A stretch of DNA of 64,000 bases from Zygnema circumcarinatum SAG 698-1b (taxonomy: Eukaryota; Plantae; Zygnematophyceae). The stretch spans positions 2,244,617 through 2,308,616 of the forward strand of contig CM074818.1 of NCBI GenBank assembly GCA_037447605.1, read 5' to 3'. Below are positions 50,001 to 60,050 of this stretch, one piece after another. A program made the position numbers and the translations under genes. The stretch's first letter is position 1. Each line of letters begins with the position of its first letter. The notes below the pieces were generated by a model. The model searched no databases and had not been told where the DNA came from. It was given only the letters and a program-made list of their open reading frames with translations.

Positions 50001-53000
50001 ATGGACGTCGACTCTGCGTATACTGCGGAGCACTATGTATTCCCATGCCATGCCATGCCATGCCATGGAACAACTACCTCACCATGCCATGCCGGAGGGT
50101 CAAAACTCTCTGCTGCGGAAGAATAAATTAGGGTTCAGGGTTCAGGGCGGGACTGCAGGGTGTCAAGGCTCCGTTGCTTGCAGGCTCTAGAGGGGTTCTG
50201 GTTCTGTTCTGCTCTTTTTCTTGGCTAGCTAACATGTTTTTTTTTTTTTTTCGCTTTTTTTCAATGTACGTTTGCAGGCTTCAAAAGGAGTTATTCATGA
50301 GGAGGTCAGTTCAACTCTCTTCCGCCCCTTTTTTTTTGGTTTTGATGCTCCATTTTTTCATTTTTTGATTTTCAAAATGCATTTTGCTTGCTGTTATGCT
50401 TATTCTGACATTTTTTCTCACATCTATCTGGCAGGAATTTATAACGAATTCCAGAAACATGAAACTATTTACAATGCGATGGCTGCCGGCGAGCGGGAAA
50501 CCGAAAGCCCTAATTTTTCTCCTTCACGGATACGCCGTCGAATGCGGCCTCTGGTGGCAAGGTGAAAAGAGAAGAAGCTTAAAAATATAATAAAAGACAA
50601 AAGCCAATGAAGTTTAAACTTTTCTTGAAACCGCATTTTCTTATTCATTCCCTTTTTCTCTTTTTTTTATTTTTCTTTTTTATTTTTCAGATACCGGCCT
50701 TCGGCTCGCTGCGGGAGGCTACGCCGTGTTCGGAATCGACTACGAAGGCCACGGACGGTCCGACGGACGGAGGGCGTTTCTGGCGGACATGGAACCGCTG
50801 GTCAATGACGTCATCGCCTACACCAAAAGCATACGCGGTAAGTACAGACGGCAGAGGGTGACTGCACGGAAAGTACGGACGGTTGTACGGACTGTAATGT
50901 TTGAAATGGATGGGATGTATGGGAGATGGTATGGTAGGAATGCATGGAGAAGATGTAAGTGATGCAAGGGATGTTGAAGGTGCTATGAAAGGCAGTCATG
51001 TGACTGATGTGGTGTTGGATATCTGCGTGCGGAGATGTATGTAACGGATGGAAATGATGTGATGCATGCAATGCATCTAATGACTGTATGGAAGGAATGT
51101 ATGTGAGTGATGTGAGTTAATCACACATCACACATCACATTATCATCACATCACATCACATCATCATCTTGTTAATGCTGAACTGTAATGCAGAGAAGGA
51201 GGCGTACAAGGACCTGCCGCGCTTCCTCTATGCAGAGTCCATGGGAGGGGCCGTCGCCCTTTTGATTCACAGGAAGGAGCCAACAGCATGGAACGGCGCA
51301 GTTCTCATTGCTCCCATGGTCAAGGTGCAGCTCTGAACCCTAAATTATTGGAAAACCTAAATCTCACATAAAGCGCTGAAGTTCGGAATCCCCCCTCCAA
51401 ATCATAAACCCTAATCCCTCAACTATGCAACCCTAAAGTAAACCCTAAATCCTAAAACCATAACCTCTCAGAGCCCTAAACCCTAAATCCTGTTTGTATG
51501 CAGATATCGGAGAAGGTTCAGCCCCCCGCAATGGTGGTAGCGGTGATGAAGAAGTTGGCACTATTTTTTCCAACATGGGCGATAGTTCCTTCTAAGGACG
51601 TCATAGCTGCAGCGAACAAGGACCCTGTGAAGCGAGAGAAGGTGGGGGAGGGAGAGGGAGACAGGGAGGGGAGGGAGAGGGAGAGAGGGGAGGGGAGGGA
51701 GAGGGAGAGGGGAGGGGAGAGAGGGGTGGGAGGAGGGAGTGGGGGGAGAGAGGGGAGAGGGAGAGTGAGAGAGAGAGGAAGCGGGAGGAAAGGGGAGGGG
51801 GGAGAGGGAGGGGGAGGGGCGGGGGAGGTGGGAGATTGGGGGGGCAAGGGAGGGAGGGAGGGANNNNNNNNNNAGAGTGAGAGAGAGAGGAAGCGGGAGG
51901 AAAGGGGAGGGGGGAGAGGGAGGGGGAGGGGCGGGGGAGGTGGGGAGATTGGGGGGGCAAGGGAGGGAGGGAGGGAAGAACGGGGAGGGGGGAGAGGGAT
52001 GGGGAGGGAAGGGGAAGGCGAGGGGGCGGGTGGGAGGAGGGCGAAGGGGAGGCAGAGAAGGTGGGAGCGAGTGGAGGGAGGGAAAACTTTGAATTGTTTC
52101 CTTTTTTACCTTGAGAGAGATGCAAATAGAGCCAAGTGTATTTCTTTCGCAGGTCCGCAACAATCCGTACTCGTACACAGCGAAGCCGCGATTAGGAACA
52201 GCGTTGACTCTCCTCCATGTTAGTTTGGATCTTGAAGCGCGCTTGGATGAGGTACGTGCGCTTCTCTCTCTCTCTCCCCCCCTCCCCTCTCTCTCTCCCC
52301 CCCTCCCACTCTCTCTCTCCTTCTCTCTCTCTCTCTCCCCACCTCTCCCTCTCCCTCTCCCTCTCCCTCTCCCTCTCTGCCAAATGATGCAGAGTCATTT
52401 CAATCCCCTATTTTATCCCATAGTATTGTTCGTGCCTCGAGTGCAGGTGACCCTCCCCTTCCTGGTCCTGCACGGCGCGGAGGACTCCGTGACGGACCCC
52501 TCCGCGAGCCAAACCCTCCACGAGCGCGCCAAGAGCTTCGACAAGACGCTCCTGCTCTACGAGGGGATGTGGCACTCGCTCACGGAGGGGGAACCCGACG
52601 ACAACGTCGAGATCGTCTTCAGGGTGAGGGAGAGAGAGAGAAAGAGTGTGAAAGAGAGAGTGAGAGTGAGAGAGAGAGAGAGAGAGGGAGTGAGAGAGAG
52701 CATGTCACGTTATGTCACGTCACGGGGTTTAGGGTTTGATAGTTCTGGAGATCGTCTTCAGGGTGTGAGAGAGAGAGAGAGTGTGTCATGTCATGTCACG
52801 TCACGTCACGTCACGGAGTTTAGGGTTTTGATGGTTTTGGAGATCGTCTTCAGGGTGAGAGGAAAGCATGTCATGTCACGTCATGTCACGTCATGTCACA
52901 TCATGGGGTTCAGGTTGTAGGACTTTTGGGGTTTTGGGTTTTTGGTAGTTTTGCCTTTCTTCTCGTAATTTTTGTCTTTGTCGTTTTTTTGCGGATATCT

Positions 53001-53067
53001 GTGTTGGCAGGATATTTTCGCTTGGCTGGACAAGCGCAGCGAGGCGGCAACCAAGGCGGCGGCATAG
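50001..53067 (+). CDS. Monoacylglycerol lipase / CSE-like alpha/beta hydrolase (paralogue 3), 9 exons, no N-terminal anchor
   Basis: Exons 50001-50036, 50278-50304 (27 nt), 50435-50561, 50691-50837, 51194-51324, 51504-51641, 52153-52251, 52447-52623 and 53011-53067. Internal exon lengths 27/127/147/131/138/99 are identical to paralogue 2. Motifs: LHGY, DYEGHGRSDG, AESMGG, KPRLGTA, LHGAED, WHSLTEGEPD. Confidence 0.92.
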
Positions 53068-53275
53068 AAACCCTTATTTTATTGACAGGCCGACAGTTGC
53101 GATTGCAGTTCCGTTTCTGTTTCAGAAACTGTTGTGTTGCTGTTTTCGTCGGCGTGTTTCCGTACAGAATGGCTCCAACAGCGTTTCCATGCCCTAAATA
53201 TCCGTTTTTTTTTTTTTGGGAGATTGTACCAATGTGTGGTCCATAGGGTTTAGGGTTTTGGAACTNNNNNNNNNN

Positions 53276-55117
53276 GCTCCCATGGTCAAGGTGCAGCTCT
53301 GAACCCTAAATTATTGGAAAACCTAAATCTCACATAAAGCGCTGAAGTTCGGAATCCCCCCTCCAAATCATAAACCCTAATCCCTCAACTATGCAACCCT
53401 AAAGTAAACCCTAAATCCTAAAACCATAACCTCTCAGAGCCCTAAACCCTAAATCCTGTTTGTATGCAGATATCGGAGAAGGTTCAGCCCCCCGCAATGG
53501 TGGTAGCGGTGATGAAGAAGTTGGCACTATTTTTTCCAACATGGGCGATAGTTCCTTCTAAGGACGTCATAGCTGCAGCGAACAAGGACCCTGTGAAGCG
53601 AGAGAAGGTGGGGGAGGGAGAGGGAGACAGGGAGGGGAGGGAGAGGGAGAGAGGGGAGGGGAGGGAGAGGGAGAGGGGAGGGGAGAGAGGGGTGGGAGGA
53701 GGGAGTGGGGGGAGAGAGGGGAGAGGGAGAGTGAGAGAGAGAGGAAGCGGGAGGAAAGGGGAGGGGGGAGAGGGAGGGGGAGGGGCGGGGGAGGTGGAGA
53801 TTGGGGGGGCAAGGGAGGGAGGGAGGGAAGAACGGGGAGGGGGGAGAGGGATGGGGAGGGAAGGGGAAGGCGAGGGGGCGGGTGGGAGGAGGGCGAAGGG
53901 GAGGCAGAGAAGGTGGGAGCGAGTGGAGGGAGGGAAAACTTTGAATTGTTTCCTTTTTTACCTTGAGAGAGATGCAAATAGAGCCAAGTGTATTTCTTTC
54001 GCAGGTCCGCAACAATCCGTACTCGTACACAGCGAAGCCGCGATTAGGAACAGCGTTGACTCTCCTCCATGTTAGTTTGGATCTTGAAGCGCGCTTGGAT
54101 GAGGTACGTGCGCTTCTCTCTCTCTCTCCCCCCCTCCCCTCTCTCTCTCCCCCCCTCCCACTCTCTCTCTCCTTCTCTCTCTCTCTCTCCCCACCTCTCC
54201 CTCTCCCTCTCCCTCTCCCTCTCCCTCTCTGCCAAATGATGCAGAGTCATTTCAATCCCCTATTTTATCCCATAGTATTGTTCGTGCCTCGAGTGCAGGT
54301 GACCCTCCCCTTCCTGGTCCTGCACGGCGCGGAGGACTCCGTGACGGACCCCTCCGCGAGCCAAACCCTCCACGAGCGCGCCAAGAGCTTCGACAAGACG
54401 CTCCTGCTCTACGAGGGGATGTGGCACTCGCTCACGGAGGGGGAACCCGACGACAACGTCGAGATCGTCTTCAGGGTGAGGGAGAGAGAGAGAAAGAGTG
54501 TGAAAGAGAGAGTGAGAGTGAGAGAGAGAGAGAGAGAGGGAGTGAGAGAGAGCATGTCACGTTATGTCACGTCACGGGGTTTAGGGTTTGATAGTTCTGG
54601 AGATCGTCTTCAGGGTGTGAGAGAGAGAGAGAGTGTGTCATGTCATGTCACGTCACGTCACGTCACGGAGTTTAGGGTTTTGATGGTTTTGGAGATCGTC
54701 TTCAGGGTGAGAGGAAAGCATGTCATGTCACGTCATGTCACGTCATGTCACATCATGGGGTTCAGGTTGTAGGACTTTTGGGGTTTTGGGTTTTTGGTAG
54801 TTTTGCCTTTCTTCTCGTAATTTTTGTCTTTGTCGTTTTTTTGCGGATATCTGTGTTGGCAGGATATTTTCGCTTGGCTGGACAAGCGCAGCGAGGCGGC
54901 AACCAAGGCGGCGGCATAGAAACCCTTATTTTATTGACAGGCCGACAGTTGCGATTGCAGTTCCGTTTCTGTTTCAGAAACTGTTGTGTTGCTGTTTTCG
55001 TCGGCGTGTTTCCGTACAGAATGGCTCCAACAGCGTTTCCATGCCCTAAATATCCGTTTTTTTTTTTTTGGGAGATTGTACCAATGTGTGGTCCATAGGG
55101 TTTAGGGTTTTGGAACT
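53276..55117 (+). repeat. Near-identical tandem copy of 51310-53265 (3' half of paralogue 3); probable assembly overlap
   Basis: Starts immediately after a 10-N gap in mid-exon. Intron and UTR sequence appears identical to the first copy except around the first copy's own N gap. Confidence 0.85.
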
Positions 55118-55572
55118 GGCTGAGAAATTGAAAAAACTTTTTTTTTTTTTGACACTACTGAGAAACAAAGAGATAGAGACAGTGTTGTGTCACGTGTACT
55201 GTAAAAACTGTGTTTGTAGCAGATGAAAACTAGGGTTAGAATTTAGGGTTTTAGTTCAGATATGAGATGCGCTTTTCCATGTTCTTGTTTTCTCCTTTTG
55301 CTTTTGTTTGGGAAAGGAAAGGAGAAATGCTAAAATGCTTTCGGTCTCTCACAAAGCGCTGGTCCTTTTATGGTCCCCAGAAGCGTGTTCTACCTTTGTC
55401 AGTTGCAGTCACAGTTGACGTTCCAGACCGCCTCATGGACCCTTTCATAGTGCTGTGCCGTATGTGCGCATAGCAGCTTCATCCACGTCGCGATTATTCA
55501 CGCCGTACGAGGATCCGGGCGATCCGTAAAGTCCGACAATTCTCCTGGCGGAGACGTTTGTCGTTTTGAGAA

Positions 55573-56271
55573 GGGGGCGACTATTTACAGTGTACGTTTT
55601 CTGAATGTAGTGTACGTTTTTGCGGGCAGCAAAAAAAAGGTTTTTTTTGGCAAAAAATGTTGTTTCACACTTTTCAGAATAGATACAGACCTTTTTTCGT
55701 CGGATGTACGGATGGTGATTTGAAATGTACGAAGCGCGCGCGTCGACAAGGTATAAGGGCGCAACACGTGGAGCGACATGATTGGTCGCGGCAACATATG
55801 ACGTGTCAAGTATGTTTGGGACCGTGACGTGACGAAACGAGACGCGAAAAAAGTGGAGTCCGCGGACGGCAGTCGGAAATGGCAGGAATTAAAACGGACA
55901 GATTTTTCCTGAAAACATGCTACGTTATGTGCCCTATCTTTTTTTGTCAGTTTGAATTCCTGCCATTTCCGACTGCCGTCCGCGGACCACTTTTTTCGCG
56001 TCTCGTTTCGTCACGTCACGGTCCCAAACATACTTGCCACGTCATATGTTGCCGCGACCAATCATGTCGCTCCACGTGTTGCGCCCTTATACCTTGTCGA
56101 CGCGCGCGCTTCGTACATTTCAAATCACCATCCGTACATCCGACGAAAAAAGGTCTGTATCTATTCTGAAAAGTGTGAAACAACATTTTTTGCCAAAAAA
56201 AACCTTTTTTTTGCTGCCCGGCAAAAACGTACACTACATTCAGAAAACGTACACTGTAAATAGTCGCCCCC
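55573..56271. mobile_element. Foldback / Mutator-like non-autonomous element (699 bp) with ~320-bp near-perfect TIRs
   Basis: TTTGAGAA|GGGGGCGACTATTTACAGTG ... CACTGTAAATAGTCGCCCCC|TTTGAGAA. The arms (55573-~55893 and ~55951-56271) are reverse complements with few mismatches. 8-bp TSD at 55565-55572 and 56272-56279. Confidence 0.9.
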
Positions 56272-57018
56272 TTTGAGAATTGAGACTATGTCTACAGGGA
56301 TTGTCAAACAGCAAGTAGGTTACGAAAAGCATTAGTAAGAATAACAAGTACTCCACTACGGCCGGATCATTATGTCACCAGAGTACTCGTTGTGATTGAA
56401 AATGTACCAGCGGACATACCGACGATTTTTCAAGTCAGCCTAGCCCTAATGATAACTTTCATGGCTGACGCGGCGATAGTGCCGCGTCAGCGAGCGGCGA
56501 TTGGTCTGTCTTGTCGGTATCACAACCGTCAGCTGTACGATCGTACGAAAGGCAGTTGCACATTTGTCGTTTTTCGGCCTTCTTGTCAAAGTTGTGTCCC
56601 TTTCCAAGCCGCCATGAGCCCGTGACAGTGCGGACACAACCTCCCTCCATGCTGACGTCATAGTGACGTCCGAAAACCTCTCGGAAATTGTGGTTTCCGA
56701 GAGGGTTCGGAGGTAGAAGGAGGATGCGGTTTTTAGGGTTCAGGGCTGAAGGCTGAAGGGGAAGCGGATTCTTTCCAAGGTATTTTTTTGATAATTTTTT
56801 TTTTTTGTTTTCAGGTTTTTAGTATATTCTTTAGATTGATTTGTTCTTAGCTTTGTACTGTTTTCTCGTCTTAACCTTTTTGAAGGGTTTAGGGTTTATC
56901 GGGGTTTTCATTGAGCTTCTTCAAAAGGGGAATTTAAGATTTGAGGTTTCAGGGCTGGAAGGGCAGTGGTACCACGTGGCGCAAGGAGCGGAGGACACGT
57001 GTCAGCTGACTTGGAAAG

Positions 57019-58120
57019 ATGGCGTCGATGTCAGAAAAGGTGACGTGGCGTCTGCTCCTGGTGACAGCTGGAGCGACGATCGTGATCTGTCGCGTTTTCC
57101 TGCTGCCACGTGTCCTCCAGGCGGCGCACAACCGACGGGTACGGAGGGCTCGGCGGCTCATGAAGGACGCGGCGTTCTATGTGCGCTCATGACATCCCTT
57201 TCCGTTCTCAGTTCCGTTCTCCGTTTGGTTTATGTTCAGTGCACTGAATACCTGCATGTCGATACGAGAAAGGGGTCGAGGACTAGGGTTTACGGTTCAG
57301 AATTTAGGGTACTTAGGGTTGGGGGTTTAGGGTCTATGCGTAGAGTTTAGAGTCTTGGTGCAGGGCTAGGGTTCAGGGGTAGGGGTAGGGGTAGGGGTTA
57401 CCCGATACCATCAACATTTTCCTTTCCTTATTTTATTTTCTTTTACTTGTTTTCTTTTTCTGATTTTGCCCCTTGTGAATTTCCGCGGTGGAACTGACAG
57501 GAATCGAGAGGAGTTCGATTCGAAGAGGTGAGCCATCCATGCATGCCAATGCACATGCATACCTGCATGTATATGTACATATATTTATGCTTATGTTAGC
57601 TTATAGCTTATCTTATATATCTTATAAAGTATACATAGCTTACCGCCATATCTGCTGTACGGATTCAGACAGACAGGCATCCATCCGTACACGCATGCAT
57701 GCATGGATTCATGCGGAAATGCATGGCACATCGGCCGCCCACATGTATCTCGGCTACTACTGTGCATGGATGCGTGCATGCATCTGTAACCCCATGCGAT
57801 GCTTTCATGTGTGCACATGCTGTGCATGGGATGCATGGGACCCATGCATGCATGTACCAATATCACCCACATACATGCATGCAGGAGTACATAGTGAACT
57901 CAAGAGGCATGAAGCTCTACGCCCCTCGGTGGCTACCATCCTGCAGAACTCCGAAAGCCCTTGTTTTTATGCTTCATGGTAAGCTTTTCCTCCACTCTCT
58001 CTCTCTCTCTCTCTCGCTTTCTCTCGCTTGATCTCTCTCTCTCTCTCTCTCATCTTACAATGGTTTCTAAGGTCTGCCGATTTGCAGGTTATGGAGTGGA
58101 ATGCGGACTCTTCATGTCAG
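57019..58120 (+). CDS. 5' part of monoacylglycerol lipase / CSE-like paralogue 4 (remainder lost at the 100-N gap 58489-58588)
   Basis: Exons 57019-57180 (MASMSEKVTWRLLLVTAGATIVICRVFLLPR...AAFY), 57501-57527 (ESRGVRFEE), 57885-57978 (EYIVNSRGMKLYAPRWLPSCRTPKALVFMLH) and 58088-58120 (GYGVECGLFMS) join in frame. Confidence 0.82.
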
Positions 58121-58752
58121 GTGAAGCTCACAAGCTCAAGTACTTCCTCGCGCATACGGTCAAATCTGAAATAATGAAATAACTGGATAAATGTTTGACT
58201 AAAAAACATTAGTCTTCTTTTTTCTATTTCGAGTAGTCAGTTCTTCATTTCGAGACCCTCAATGGTCCTCAGGGAAAAGGGGAGAGAGAGAGTGGGAGAG
58301 GAAGAGAGAGAGGGGGGGGGAGAGAGAAGGAAAGCGGGAGAAAGAGGGAAAGGAGAGAGCGAGAGAAAGGGAAACAGGAAGACAGAGGGAGGGAGGGAGG
58401 GAGGGAGGGAAGGAGGGAAGGAGAGAGAGAGAGGGGGAGAGAGAGAAGGAAAGTGGGAGAGAGAAGAAAAGGAGAGAGCGAGAGAAAANNNNNNNNNNNN
58501 NNNNNNNNNNNNNNNNNNNNNNNNNNNNNNNNNNNNNNNNNNNNNNNNNNNNNNNNNNNNNNNNNNNNNNNNNNNNNNNNNNNNNNNNAGGCGGGAAGTA
58601 GGTAGAAGCGGGAGGACGGGGCATGCCAAGGGCAGGACTTTGGGGGAAAGCGACCCGTGGCGAACTGCCAGTGGCTGGCCATGCGGTACACGTGGCAGGT
58701 TCTTCTGGCGGCCATGGCTCTGGCTTCAGCACTGGGTTGCGTGGCGGGCCTC

Positions 58753-58800
58753 CCACGTGTCCTGCCACGTGTCCTGCCACGTGTCCTGCCACGTGTCCTG
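58753..58800 (+). repeat. Four perfect copies of CCACGTGTCCTG (each contains a G-box/ABRE-like core)
   Basis: 12-bp unit x4 read directly from the sequence. Confidence 0.9.
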
Positions 58801-59204
58801 CTGGCAGGGGACGAGGAAGGAAAGCGCAAGGTGTGAGCTTGTAAGGGAAGGGGGTCTTCAAATGTGTTTGCTGCATTGAATTTTCTGACGAGGTTGAGTC
58901 TCGCCTATGCATGCATGCATGCATATACGCATGCGCACATGGACACAATTTACAATGTGGTGCATGCGCAAGTCCACACGGACATGAGCAAGCACATGCA
59001 CATGCATATGCATCCTTTGTGGCTGACATCTCCCTCGGGAGTGACCAGGGCGATGGATCGAAAGCAGGGCATAGGCATCCTCCATGTGCGCATGAACACA
59101 TGGCCATGCCTCAAACTCACATGCATGCATGTTGTATGCATGAATGCATGCATGCATGCAAGTAATGGGTCTCCACTGATTTCCTTTCTTTCTTTCTCTC
59201 TCCT

Positions 59205-59238
<34 letters not shown>

Positions 59239-59274
59239 NNNNNNNNNNTCCCCCCCCCCCCCCCCTCTCCGCAG

Positions 59275-59965
59275 AAGCCGCGGCCGCCCCTCCTCCCGGG
59301 GCTGCCCGACGACATCGCTCGCCTCTGCCTCGCGCGGACCCAGCGCGCGACCCACAAGGTCAACATTTTGACCGCAGGGTTTGGTCAACATTTTGACCGC
59401 AGGGTTTGGTCAACATTTTGACCGCAGGATTTGGTCAACATTTTGACCGCAGGGTCTGGTCAACGTTTTGACCGCAGGGTTTGAAGTTAGAGATTGAATT
59501 TTGACTGAAAAAAAGGATTGCATTTGAAGAGTACGTATCGCCGGCGTAGAAGTTTTTGAATTTGGGTTTGGTTTGTCCCCGGGAGCGTGTGGGCCCGTCC
59601 AATGCTCACATGGCAGCTCATGTCTGGGTTCAAAATCAAAATGTCAAAACGAATTAAGCTTTCAAAAAGGTTTTCAAATTTCCTCTTTTGAGAGGTCATG
59701 CATGATATAAAAATGCTGTTTGTATTTTATTTTTGAAAACAATGTGCAGGCCATGCTCGCCGTGTGCCGAGGATGGCGCGAGACGCTCTGCAGCTTTGAC
59801 TTCTTCACGCTGAGGGAGAGAATGGGCCGAACGGAGAACTGGGTCTATGTGCACTACAGACAGTTGAACGGCGAGCATGGAACCGGGGACTGCGTGCGGG
59901 CCTTTGATCTTACGGCCATGCAGTGGCATGCAGTGCCTCTCCATCCGCGCATTCCCGCGGTACAA

Positions 59966-60050
<85 letters not shown>

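Noticed and set aside
53276-55117. A fifth hydrolase paralogue or exon-block duplication
   Set aside because: It begins mid-exon right after a 10-N gap and matches the first copy even in introns and UTR, so it is most likely an unmerged contig overlap.
57019-58588. Paralogue 4 as a truncated pseudogene or a fusion with the F-box gene
   Set aside because: The break coincides with a 100-N gap of unknown size, and the visible exons are intact.
59358-59482. CRISPR-like array (palindromic 25-bp repeats); likewise the 26-bp array at 42161-43330
   Set aside because: The repeats are head-to-tail with no unique spacers, there are no cas genes, and the context is a eukaryotic intron.
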